Shown here one piece after another: positions 35,546-47,469 of a stretch of DNA of 64,000 bases. The stretch is taken from NCBI RefSeq assembly GCF_032444005.1, contig NC_091288.1:193564001-193628000 (forward strand). The letters run 5' to 3'. A model generated the notes under the pieces. It ran no database searches and was not told where the DNA came from. It saw only the letters and a program-made list of their open reading frames with translations. Numbering within the stretch: position 1 is the stretch's first letter; every line of letters begins with the position of its first letter. A program made the position numbers and the translations under genes. This DNA is from Ranitomeya imitator. Its lineage: Eukaryota.

Positions 35546-38536
35546 GCATTAAGCTACTTACTGGTAGCGGCATTTTTCGGAGGCCCATGACAGCACTACG
35601 AGAGAGGGGATCCGCCCTTCAGGAACAGGAAACCTACAGATACAAAAGGGCGGCACCTCTCCCTATGCATCAGTTGTATTTCAGAGCCTGAGAGGACTAC
35701 CGCGGTTAGTAGCACACAAATATACATTATATACAGTTTATGTACAAAAATAATCCATCATATTGAACTATATACCACACGTGAGATCTATCTCATTATA
35801 TATACACACACTATAGGAAGTGCAACCCCCACGTGAACAGGGAGGGAACTAAGGGTGCTGTCATGGGCCTCCGAGAAATGCCGCTGCCAGTAAGTAGCTT
35901 AATGCTTTATTCGGATTCCCATGACAGCACTACGAGAGAATTACAGAGATGTAAACTACCTTAGGGAGGGACTATAGCTTGTAGCACCCTTAACCTGAAG
36001 GTGAGATCAGAAGAGAACCCCAAGTCCAACCTATAGTGCTTGAAAAAGGTGGAAGGGGATAACCACGTAGCTGCCTTACATATCTGGTCGATCGACACTC
36101 CAGATCTTTCAGCCCAGGATGTAGCCATGGCGCGGGTGGAATGTGCCCTCAGATTCTGCGGATCGTGTACTTTGAAACTGTAAGACCTTTCCTGGGACCT
36201 TGGAAGGATAGAAACAACACATCCTCTCTTCCAAGCATCAGTGACTGATATATATTCTAAAAGACATCTCCTAACATCTAATGTATGGAGTAACTCCTCT
36301 TTGGAATTAGAAGGATTAGGGAGAAATGACGGTAACACTATCTCCTGAGATCTGTGAAAATCTGAGGCCACTTTTGGTAAATAAGCTGGATCTGGTCTGA
36401 GGACTACTCTGTCCTGTAGAAATTCTGTATAAGGGGACAGCCTAGAAAGAGCCTGTATGTCTCCTACCCTACGAGCAGATGTAATTGCCACCAAAAACGC
36501 TGTTTTGAGGGATAGTAATTTAAGTGAGGCTGAATGTAAGGGCTCAAATGGTTCCTTAGTCAAGGCTGAAAGGACTAGATTGAGATCCCAAGGCATTGAC
36601 CTATTCCTGTGTATAGGTCTGGATCTACTAGATGCTTTGGTAAACCTTGATACCCAATAATTACCCGCAATATCTTGAATCACCGGAAGCGCATTTAGAA
36701 AAGAACTTCTGGAAGCGCCTTCTTTAAGCTGGGATTCCAACTGTTCCAGCCAGACCATTAGGGATCTGGCTGTACAAGTCGCAGCCACTGCCGGTCTCAA
36801 GGATCCGGCTGCCATCTCCCAAGTACCTTTAAGGAAGGTATCCGCCTTCCTGTCAAGAGGGTCTTTAAGGGATCCCATGTCCTCGAAAGGTAATGCGGCT
36901 CTCTGATGCCTTTGCCACCGCGGCATCTAATTTAGGGGCCTTGTCCCAGGTATCCAGTCGTATCCTCAAAGGGATACCTGCGTTTTAAAGCTGGTGGTAA
37001 TGAGCCTTTCTTCTCCGGTTTCTTCCATTCTCGGAGAATCAGGTCTTGAATTTTATCATTCACCGGGAAGGATCTACGCTTCTTGTATTCCAAGCCACTG
37101 AACATTAGCTCCTGACGGGAAAGCTGAGTCTTAGGTTCTTCTAGGCCCATCGTACCTCTGACCGACTTAACTAATTTATCCACCCGGTCCAGAGGCAGAC
37201 AGAATCGGCCAGATTCCTCTTCTGATGACAAGGAAGAGAGATTTGAGCCATAAGAACCTTCCTCTTATCTTCCTCTGACAAATCAGAGATCACCGAGGCT
37301 CTCTGTTTTGAACTTCCCGCCTGGGACAGACCGCAGGGATTCCCTTACTTCTGTACGGATCATCTCACGTAGATTAGCCGTAGAAGCAGATTCTTCCGCT
37401 ACCTAGGGGAGGAAAATAAGGGTGATACCATCTATCTAGCCTGATGTCACTCAACCCCTCCACTCCTGTAGACCTCACCGTCTGTTGTATACAGGAGGCG
37501 CATAATTTTTTAGTATAAGAATCTGGTAACGGGACTTCACACAGGGCACACTCCTTATGTTTCGACTTTGCACTTTTCTTCCCCTAGAATGACAAAGTAT
37601 AAGGGGCCCGCGTCACTGAGTGAGCATTCACGTAGATCTCTTACCAGTGTACGCCAACAAAGGTATCGGAACACGAGGGGGTTCTTTGCCAGTCGATGCT
37701 CTAGATCCCTGCTTGGACGAGCTTTTACGGCTGGACTGGTCACTCCTGGCATGCTCCTTCTCCGTGGGCTTTTGTCGCACCTCCTCCGACAGCTGAAGCT
37801 GCCGCTCACCATCACTCTCCATGATGTGGATGTGACCAAAGGCAGAGCTCTAAATCCAGCTCCTGCTTAAATCCCCCTCAGATCCGGTCAGCAGGCTGCC
37901 TGGCGCCACTCTCATTGGTTCCTGCTGATGAGGCTACAGCTGGGGGGTCAGCGCAGTGTGTGAGGAGTCCGGCGTTCAGGATCGATGGGAGCCGCCATCT
38001 TGGATGACGGCGCATGCGCAGTTCCCCAGTGACCTGGAAGCGCCTGCTGACTGCCCCCTCGACGTCACTGCACCCGGAAACGCTCCAGCTAACGCTGAGA
38101 GCGATGCAGGATGCCGAAGAGCACGCAGCAGCGCTCCGGATAGCGTTCCCCTCCTGGCACCACTACCTCACCACCGCGCTGCACCACCACATGAACCGAA
38201 GGAGCGCGCTATACTTACCGGCGCCGAAGGAGATCAGGAATCCTCCGGACTCTGCTCCCTGCTGTCTACGTCACTGACGTGCAGTCCAGCCAGGACCACC
38301 GTGACGTCTTCCAGGGGCTTCCGCACCGGCCGAGGTAGGAGACCCCCCCCCGCTACCTGATTCGGTCCGGCCGGCCTGGGATCCATTACGAGATTCATCT
38401 GTAGGATCCTGTCCCTTCAGGAACAGGAAACCAACTGATGCATAGGGAGAGGTGCCGCCCTTTTGTATCTGTAGGTTTCCTGTTCCTGAAGGGCGGATCC
38501 CCTCTCTCATAGTGCTGTCATGGGAATCCGAATAAA
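35546..38536 (-). mobile_element. Internally deleted (RT/RH-less) DIRS1-like element, related subfamily
   Basis: ITRs (35584-35677, ~38432-38524) and ICR (~35858-35940) present; ~2.5 kb deletion joins Gag to YR; Gag frameshifted; TTT junctions. Confidence 0.92.
35961..36926 (-). pseudogene. Chimeric Gag-YR reading frame of the deleted DIRS
   Basis: Gag segment (LPFEDMG...LPVIQD) continues in frame into YR (IAGNYW...TSARR...AHSTR...FFKHY). Confidence 0.8.
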
Positions 38537-38866
38537 TAACAATAATTATAATAGACGTTTTTCAAACTTTTTTTATTCAAGTGCACACATATAAACAACA
38601 ACTGAAGAACAAAAAGCAGAGAAAATTTAGGTGGAGGAGCATAAAAATGAAAATATGGCGCAGAATTCACCTTCTAAACATTTGGTGTTTCGCATTTTAG
38701 GCATTGCCTTTGATTTATGGCAGTACATTGCCCGCACAAAGACTTACCACAAGTCTTACAATTGCCGACAGATCTATTTTTCTTGCACTTTTCTTTGATC
38801 TGGCAAAATTTTGTTTGAACCATCACTTCTGAACATGTAGAAACTTGGGACGTGGAACCCTTTTCC

Positions 38867-40062
38867 CTATCTGTGACATAAGGACCACTCAACTCTCACA
38901 AGCGTTTGCAAAAATGCCTTGCGTGACATTTTTTGGTGGGTAATCTCCTTGAATATTATACATGCATTTATACCCGCAAAGTCTAAGGCATTTTCAAATG
39001 CATGAACAGGCCATCTCCTTGTGGATGTTCGTGTGGTATATTTTCGTGCCATCTGATCCACTACATCTACTCCATATTTTGTTTCATTGTAAAATTTTTT
39101 TTTACTATAATTATCGGTTGTAACATTGCAACCTTTTTTCAAAAACGGGTCCAATAACTTCATTACCACATGGTCAGCTAAACGGTCCTCAGCACGGCGT
39201 GTGTCATCTTTGCCTAGATAAGGGAAGCCATTTGCCAGATATTTGCTCTCCTTATCAACAGCTAGCCAATATTTGTGGCCATATTTATCTGGTTTGGAAG
39301 GCATGTACTGCGTGAATGGACACCTAGTTTTGCTTGGGAAAAGTTGCTCAACCACCGTTATGTATGGGCCAGGTTTGTAACACGCAATACAATTTTCAAT
39401 AAACCTGTCCCACACAGTAGAAAATAGAGCAAACTTGTCCGTTTGCAGTCTCTCCGATCGAGTAGATTTCTCATCAAATCTGAGAAACCTCATAATTTCA
39501 ACAAAGCGGTCCCTAGACATTGTCGCTTTGCAAAACGGTATTCCCCAGTCATTACACCAAATACTGCTAATCGAGTGACGGTTCGTGCCAGATATTCCAC
39601 AAGCATAGAATATCGCAATGAATGCATCTAGCTCCTCATCAGATAGAGTAAACTGTAAATTATTGTTCCTGCATGCTTCTGCAAGCGTACAGTTCTTTAT
39701 ATGTGTCAATATATATGAATCAAAAAATAAACGCCATGCGCTCAAAGGACTATCGATGATATTTCTTCTGGCGTATCCTGTAGGGCCAGGTGCTTCTCGA
39801 AGAATATTTTGGCTGTCACGCCTACCAGGCAAGTGTTGTCCAATTTCAACAGGTTTCCATTGAATACCATCCGCTGAAACAAGTATTCCTTCAGATTCTC
39901 CTTCTCTGGTGTTTGTTGTTGCATTACCTTCGCCGCCATCGTTATCTGTTGTTCTTTCATTTCTGGGACGTTTTGCTGATTTTTTCTGTCCACGACCAGG
40001 AGGATGGTCACGAGGCAACATAACTGCATGAGCCCGATCCCCAGTTGATGTGCTTGGAATAT
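38867..40062 (-). CDS. piggyBac transposase, coding exon 2 (likely catalytically dead)
   Basis: MSRDRF, PSKPDKYG, TDNY, GVDVVDQM, RRWP motifs. First catalytic Asp replaced (TVVEQ vs TVDEQ); in-frame internal deletion after TDNY; frameshift ~38896 detaches the Cys-rich domain (38674-38895). Acceptor TTTTTCTCCAG|AT. Confidence 0.85.
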
Positions 40063-40105
40063 CTGGAGAAAAAGTTGATGAATATTTAGAATTTTTGTTT
40101 TGTAA

Positions 40106-40419
40106 GGGTCCGTGCACACTGGCTGGATTAGCGGCGGAATATCCGACCGGATATTCTCGCCACAATCCGGCCCGTACCTGCCCGCTCAGGTACAGAGTGG
40201 AGTTTCATACCTGAAGCTCCGCTCCGAACCCCGGGCTGGAGCCACTGTCTGGGACGGAGCCGTGCTCACGCGTAAGCAAGCGCTGCTCTGTCCCTGACAG
40301 CGGCTCCAGCTTGGGGTTCGGAGCGGAGCTTCAGGCATGAGCGGGCAGGTACGGCCTGTATTGCGGCAAGAATATCCAGATGGCTATTCAGCCAGAATTC
40401 TGCTAGTGTGCACAGGCTT
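40106..40419. mobile_element. Harbinger-type MITE within the piggyBac coding intron
   Basis: GGGTCCGTGCACAC / GTGTGCACAGGCTT, TAA/TAA. Confidence 0.7.
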
Positions 40420-40464
40420 TAACTCAGTGTGTGGAAGAACAAATAAATACACATAACTACTTAC

Positions 40465-40660
40465 CTTCTGGATTTGTTCCTTCTGAGTCTTCAGATTCAC
40501 TCGATATGTTCTGAGGAATGAAATCTTCATCACTGTCAGAATCAAATACATGTTCCTGCAATTCGGATTCAGATTCATCCTCCGGTATGGATTGCAAAGT
40601 AGCCAGAATATCCTGAGGCTTTATCAAACGTCTTCTCTCCATATTCCTCACAAATTCCAT
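40465..40660 (-). CDS. piggyBac transposase, coding exon 1 (acidic N-terminus)
   Basis: MEFVRNMERRRLIKPQDIL...SDSDEDF..., donor GAAG|GTAAGT in phase 1, compatible with exon 2; spliced ORF 1392 nt = 463 aa + stop. Confidence 0.8.
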
Positions 40661-40892
40661 AATTCTATATAGTTCCCTGCTGAAAAATAGAAATGAAAAC
40701 TAAAAGAAATAACTGTTCTGCCACCTTCAAAAGTAGGTGGGCTGAATCAGTTGACAGACAGCAAAACTATTTCATAACAATTCATACCTGTATGAGTCTT
40801 CAGAGCTCGTATGTCTGCGTCTGTTCTCTGTCTCTTCAGCTGAACTGAAAGTAAAGTTACTATCCAGAATACTGTCTCCTGCTAGGACCTTA

Positions 40893-41610
40893 AGGTACCG
40901 TCACACTTAGCGACGCTGCAGCGATACCGACAACGATCCGGATCGCTGCAGCGTCGCTGTTTGGTCGCTGGAGAGCTGTCACACAGACCGCTCTCCAGCG
41001 ACCAACGATGCCGGTAACCAGGGTAAACATCGGGTAACTAAGCGCAGGGCTGCGCTTAGTAACCCGATGTTTACCATCCTAAAAGTAAAAAAACTAAACA
41101 CTACATACTTACCTACAGCCGTCTGTCCTCCAGCGCTGTGCTCTGCTCTCCTCCTGTACTGTCTGTGTGAGCACAGCGGCCGGAAAGCAGAGCGGTGACG
41201 TCACCGCTCTGCTTTCCGGCTGACCGACGCTCACAGCCAGTACAGGAGGAGAGCAGAGCACAGCGCTGGAGGACAGACGGCTGTAGGTAAGTATGTAGTG
41301 TTTGGTTTTTTTTTACTTTTAGGATGGTAACCAGGGTAAACATCGGGTTACCAAGCGTGGCCCTGCGCTTAGTTACTTGATGTTTACCCTGGTTACCAGT
41401 GAAGACATCGCTGAATCGGTGTCACACACGCCGATTCAGCGATGTCTGTGGGGAGTCCAGCGACGAAACAAAGTTCTGGACTTTCTTCCCCGACCAGCGA
41501 CAGCACAGCAGGGGCCTGATCGCTGCTACCTGTCACACTGGACGATATCGCTGGCGAGGACGCTGCAACGTCACGGATCGCTAGCGATATCGTCTAGTGT
41601 GACGGTACCT
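40893..41610. mobile_element. AGGTACC-family MITE (inverted relative to 32821)
   Basis: AGGTACCGTCACAC / GTGTGACGGTACCT, TTA/TTA. Confidence 0.88.
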
Positions 41611-42159
41611 TTAGAAAAACACCATCCTTCATTAACATAAGATAAGAGCCTAGAGTAAACAAGCCATTTTGTTCAGCATTACACAGTAATACAAGCAGGT
41701 AAAACACAAGGAAAATGTGAAAAGTTGACATGTAAATTGAACTACATCTATATGAACATCAGGGTAAATAAGACAGAGTGAAAAAATTATGCACAAAACT
41801 TTATAGCAACATTTAGTGACAAAAGGACCTCAAAATATAGTAGGGAGTCAAAATGACTCCCTTCAGTAGTTCTTGGTAAATTTTGAAAAAACGCGCAAAT
41901 ATTTTACCAATTCTCACAAAATCTTTTTTCACATCATATTTGAGGAAAAGTCACCGAGTTTCAAGCCGGAATTCTGAAAAATGTAGTCACAGAAGAGAAA
42001 TAAAAAACGAAAGGAGTCAAAATGACTCCATCAGTAGTTCTAGTGTTAAAAAGGCATGGTAACTGCAAAAAGTAAAGACAAAACACGACTACACCAAATA
42101 AACAGTATGCACCAAATTGAAAAATGGTGCAAAATGTCCGTGATCATAAAGTCTATCTA

Positions 42160-44098
42160 CCGTATATACTTAACCCCTTAGTGACAGAGCCAATTTGGTA
42201 CTTCATGACCAGGCCAATTTTTGCAATTCTGACCACTGTCACTTTATGAGGTTATAACTCTGGAACGCTTCAACGGATCCCGCTGATTCTGAGATTGTTT
42301 TTTCGTGACATATTGTACTTCATGTTAGTGGTAACATTTCTTCGATTTAACTTGCGATTATTTATGAAAAAAACGGAAATATGGCGAAAAATTTTAAAAT
42401 TTTGCAACTTTCAAACTTTGTATTTTTATGCCCTTAAATCAGAGAGATCTGTCACGAAAAATAGTTAATAAATAACATTTCCCACATGTCTACTTTACAT
42501 CAGCACAATTTTGGAAACAAATTTTTTTTTTTTGTTAGGGAGTTATAAGGGTTAAAAGTTGACCAGCAATTTCTCATTTTTACAACACCATTTTTTTTTT
42601 AGGGACCACACCACATTTGAAGTCATTTTGAGGGGTCTATATGATAGAAAATAATGAAGTGTGACACCATTCTAAAAACTACACCCCTCAAGGTTCTCAA
42701 AACCACATTCAAGAAGTTTATTAACCCTTTACGTGCTTCACAGGAACTGAAACAATGTGGAAGGAAAAAAATCAACATTTAACTTTTTTTGCAAACATCT
42801 TAATTCAGAACCATTTTTTTTTTATTTTCACAAGTGTAAAAACAGAAATGTAACCATAAATTTTGTTATGCAATTTCTCCTGAATACGCCAATACCCCAT
42901 ATGTGGGGGTAAACCACTGTTAGGGCGCACCGCAGAGCTTGGAAGAGAAGGAGCGCCGTTTTACTTTTTCAATGTAGAATTGGCTGGCATTGAGATCGGA
43001 CGCCATGTCGCGTTTGGAGAGCCCCTGATGTGCCTAAACAGTAGAAATCCCCCACAAGTGACCCCATTTTGGAAACTAGACCCCCCAAGGAACTTATCTG
43101 TGTGGTGAGAACTTTGAATGCCCAAGTGCTTCACAGAACTTTAGAATGCAGAGTCGTGAAAATAAAAAATATATTTTTTTTTTTAACAAAAAAGATATTG
43201 TAGCCCCCAAGTTTTTATTTTCACAAGGGTAACAAGAGAAATTGGACCCCAGAAGTTGTTGTCCAATTGATCCCGAGTACGCTGATGCCCCATATGTGGG
43301 GGTAACCCACTGTTTGGGCGCACGGCAGAGCTCAGAAGGGAGGGAGCACCATTTGACTTTTTGAGCGCAAAATTGGCTGTCGTGTTTGGAGACCCCCTGA
43401 TGTACCTAAACAGTGGAAACCCCCCCAATTCTAGCTCCAACCCTAACCCCAACACACCCCTAACCCTAATCCCAACCTGATCCATAATCCTAATCATTAA
43501 CCCTAACCATAATCACAACCCTTACCCCAAAACAACCCTAATGTCAACCCTTACCATAACCCTAATCAAAACCCTAAATCCAACACACCCCTAATCCTAA
43601 TCTCAACCCCAAACTCAAACCTAACCCTAATCCCAATACACCCCTAATCACAACCCTAACCTTAACCCTAATCCCAAACCTAACCCTAATCCCAAGCGTA
43701 ACCCTAATGCCAACCCTAATACCAACCCTAATCCAAACCCTAACCCCAGCTCTAACCCTAACTTTAGCCCCAACCCTAAGGCTACTTTCACACTTGCGTC
43801 GTTTGGCATCCGTCGCAATCCGTCGTTTTGGACAAGAAACGGATCCTGCAAATGTCCCTCCCTATGGGAGGTGGAGCCACATATTCATTACTGTAATGAA
43901 CGGTACCATGTGACCGCTCAGTACAGGAAGAAGCTGAGGCACCTGGGAACCAGGGACAGCACCAGGAGCAGGCGAGTATAATTAGACAGGCCCCGCTCCC
44001 CTGCAGACCCCTGGGTATGACTTGAGTATAAGCCGAGAAGAGCACTTTCAGCACACAAAAAAGGCTGAAAATCTCGGCTTCTACTCGAGTATATACGG
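42160..44098. mobile_element. Composite: TA|CCGTATATACT-terminated (Tc1/mariner-type) MITE containing a piggyBac-type element fragment from 42174 and a Harbinger MITE fragment at 43780
   Basis: TA|CCGTATATACT ... AGTATATACGG|TA; TTAA|CCCCTTAGTGAC at 42170 resembles the right terminus of the 666/11612 family. Confidence 0.6.
43437..43779 (+). repeat. Degenerate telomere-like (CCCTAA)n tract
   Basis: ~55 hexamer-like units CCCTAA/CCCCAA/CCTAAT inside a TE fragment. Confidence 0.85.
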
Positions 44099-44197
44099 TA
44101 TCCATCTATTGTGGAAGGCAGCCACATGCAAGAAGTGATAACTTACAGATTGCTGTGACTTCCACTACAGTCCACGGTCTATGCAGGCTTATCTTAT

Positions 44198-44305
44198 CTG
44201 CCCTGTTGAGGGCAGAACAAAGTACGGCAGTGCGCAGGCGCTGGGTCTCTGACCTTTCCCAGCGCCTGTGCACTGCAGTACTTTGCTCTGCCCTCAACAT
44301 GGCAG
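44198..44305. repeat. Imperfect 48-bp-arm hairpin, probably a MITE core
   Basis: 44198-44245 pairs with 44258-44305 around a 12-nt loop. Confidence 0.75.
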
Positions 44306-45532
44306 ACAAAGTACGCCTGTGCTGCAGCGTGAAGACCACAAGAGGACGTCATCGTAAGATGGGAGGCCCCGGACCGCAATGCCCATCAGATCAGACGGCC
44401 CGCCCAGGTGAGTATAATCTAACCTTTTTATCTCATATTTTAGGATATCAGGGGGCTTATCTACCATTTTGCCAGATGGACCCGTTGAGCCCCAATTTAA
44501 CCATGAGGGGATTTTTTTTTTTTTTTTTAACCTTTTGATAACTAAAAAAAAAAAAAAAAGTTAGTTATGAACTGTCCATGAGCCACATGGCAAAAATACA
44601 TCAGTGATTACACACCAAGCCATGTGACCCAAAGGAAATGACAGATAGTGACTAAGGGCGGAGGAAAAAAAAAGTTTCTTTCCTCTTGACCCAGCTCTGA
44701 GGAGTTCCCAGGCTGCCGCTCATTAACCCCTTCACATCAGCCGAGCAGCAGCACATGTCGCATTATAGTGGTGCTCCGCTCTGCCCCCGGCGGCCGCTCG
44801 GCGCACTGCACCTCAGACACCCGCCATTATGTGATCTTTATCATCCGGCACAAAAAAAAATTCACACAAACAAATGTAGAAATAAGAGAAAAGAGCAGAA
44901 ATCCGGCACCGCGGACAGAAGACGTCTCCATTTACGGCAACGGCGCCAGAGTCACAGCAGCCGGGCCGGTCACGGCGGATTTCATTGTGGGGCTGTCAGT
45001 CCTCACCAGGGAGGGAGAAAAATGCGGGAGCCATTACCGAGCGGAGGAGAAGCTGCTGCCGCCGCCGTGTACGGGGCCTGCCCCGGGGGGGAATCACGGC
45101 ACCACACGGCGGGAGACACCTGCGGGGGCGGCACACGGCGGTGCCCGGGGTCCCCGCTCCTCCCGGGGCGCCGGCCTCCATTACACGGCAGCTTCTCCTC
45201 ACGTCCTGCCTTCTCTTCCCCCACAAGCGACGAGACAACATGGCGCCCGGCGAGCTCCGGGAAATTAGTGGGGGAGGGGTGAACTTACCGCCCGACCTTT
45301 CCACCGGAAAACCGCCAGACTAAAGATTTTCCAGTCACCGCAATAACGACTGCTGACGTAACTAACCGTCAAAAAAAATGGCGGCTACCGGATATTAACG
45401 GTAACATACCGAATCGGTACAATGACGTCACCACTACTAACCTAAGCCCAGTAAAAATCGTACCCCATTGACTAAACAGCCGCAAATCGTTACCGGATGA
45501 GTTAAAGGAGGAGGACGTAAAGAGACACTTAC

Positions 45533-45582
45533 CGAACGATGGCGGAGCGCGAAACCAACACAACCGACGAGGCGAGTAATAA
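45533..45582 (-). other. H3F3: Probable non-coding exon 1 of the H3.3 gene
   Basis: Starts ~25-30 nt downstream of the TATA box; donor CG|GTAAGT at 45532; no ATG. Alternative donor CG|GTAAGT at 45288. Confidence 0.65.
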
Positions 45583-45599
45583 CGTCCGTCTGCGCCCGC

Positions 45600-45730
45600 C
45601 GCCCCGCTTTATATAGTCTGCGCCACGTCACCCCCTGATTCGTCGCCTTTGTTTCCCTGGGAGCGGATGGTGATTGGGTGCGGGGCAGAGAGGCGAACGG
45701 TGATTGGTAGGTTAGAAAAAGGCGGGGAAA
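45600..45730 (-). promoter_or_regulatory. H3F3: H3.3 core promoter within a CpG island (~44700-45900)
   Basis: TATATAAAG (45607-45615), CRE-like TGACGTGG (45623-45630), two CCAAT boxes 30 nt apart (45672-45677, 45702-45707), GC boxes; CRE TGACGTCA at 45423 and YY1-like motif at ~45376 in intron 1. Confidence 0.75.
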
Positions 45731-47469
45731 CATGCCCCCAGCGCTGTGTGCGCGCGCGGTCCGTCTCACAGGAGCACAATGTATCCTAAGAAATGAGATG
45801 AGCGCGGGGCGGGCGTGTGAGGAAAGCCCGGCCATAACAATAATACCCCGCACATGTGGAGGGAAACACGCCGATACCGGCACCCAATAATAAACGTACT
45901 CGCCATGTATGGCCTCTGTATAGTCACTGGACACAGTAGCCACCATAAATCCACTCAGGGTGACAAATGGCTTCCGTTTACTGTCGCTGCTCGCTCATAA
46001 GACTCTAAAAACAAATAGGGGTCACACGACTTGTTGCCGTGTAGCCCCCCACAGCCTTACGGTCACATTCCTGGTAGTCAGGAGCCGGCGTCAATGATAA
46101 TAAGTCGTGAGCGAATCGTCCGAAATTTGTTTTCGCGAAGATTCGACCACCAGATTCAATCCAGTCTGACTAAAACCGGTGCTCGGATTTCTGGAAAAGT
46201 CAAAGCATGACGGAAAGGGGTTAATAAAATATATATATATATATATAAAATACAGGATTATCACTGGGCCTTATGGCGCTCCACCATGTGGTTACGCGCG
46301 GCACTCCCTGTGTGACCACCTAAGGCTAGTCATCGGGGGGCTGCAGGACGGGGCCTAGGACAGGGGACAAGGAAGGAAAATTAGTATTCATCCCCTTCCC
46401 GGGGAAGCAAAATAGCAACCTGCTTTTCCTTTATGTCCTCCATCTTGGACGGAGTTTGGGGTGCACAGATATTATCGTATGATTCATGAATTGCGTCTTT
46501 TTGAAAAGTTACAGCATCACCGCAGTTTTTGACGTCTTTGCGGAGGCTTCGCTGCCGGGGTCTTGCACCCTAGAGAGCGGACAGTCTCCGAAGTGAAGAA
46601 ACCCAAAGATTGAGCACCTCACTTTTTTTTTTAACACTTCCGTACCCCGAGGCGGTAAGAAGAAGCGGCATACGACGTGTGCACAGCCGTGTGGCTTTTT
46701 CCATTGTTTCCATATGTTCCTATTATGTGGCACCTTTTCAGTCTGAAAAAGCCAGGCTCTCAAAATGCATTTTTTAAAGGAGGATTTGGAGAGTTCTGAT
46801 CAGTTCCCGCTCAAAAAAAAAACACCTCAGAATGAACATCCCCTAAAATGAGCAGTTCGGAGCAACTCACTAAAAGGGGTCCTACACACGACCGATTTTC
46901 TCGGACAAGTGCTATTTGTGGTTTTCACAGAAAGCACTCCTACCTATGATATTTTATGGGGTACCACTTTTTCTTCGGACCGAATGATCCACGGTAAAAA
47001 TAAAAATCAAAGACATGTCCAATTTTGATCTGAGTGTTGGATCAAAAGCGGCAATGCATGTCAAGGGGTCCGTGGAGAAAAAAAAAAAGCCATATTTACA
47101 GAATGCTAATGCCCATGATAAAGGCGGGGGTCACTTAGGTGCAAAATACTGATAAATGACCACTCACACCATGACCACCCATGGGGAATATGGTCGCCTA
47201 GTATTATTAATGCGTAGAGATGAGGCTTGTATAGGGCACCAGTCACACAGGTACGTATAGTGCACCATGCCGGCTTACAGACTATTGGTCAGGCCCATAA
47301 TATTCGATCAGGTGAGCTGCCCAGTACTATATAAGTGCAGATAGCCAAAATTCTTCCCGCCAACCCTAAGGGCCCATGGATTGCGAGATTGTGTGTTTGC
47401 GCCAAAATATCAATGCGTTTTTTTTATTACATATTTTTGTTGCACATTATTTTCTTTTTTTTTGCGGGA

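Larger units (their letters stand above)
35342..42045 (-). mobile_element. piggyBac element with CACTAG termini, containing nested DIRS copy 2 and two MITEs
   Basis: TTAA at 35338-35341 and 42046-42049; TIRs CACTAG(G/A)ACTACTG with GGAGTCATTTTGACTCC subterminal repeats (35370-35402, 41842-41871, 42013-42045); internal transposase. Confidence 0.9.

Noticed and set aside
43437-43779. Ancestral chromosome-fusion telomere
   Set aside because: Single orientation, degenerate and embedded in TE sequence; no head-to-head junction.
44755-45946. ORFs of 100-175 aa in the CpG island
   Set aside because: Typical GC-rich open frames on both strands; no recognisable domain.
44723-46224. TTAA-CCCCTT ... 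AAGGGG-TTAA bracketing the H3.3 promoter, suggesting capture by a piggyBac
   Set aside because: Only 6 bp of inverted match, and the motif is very common in this DNA; more likely independent decayed ends.
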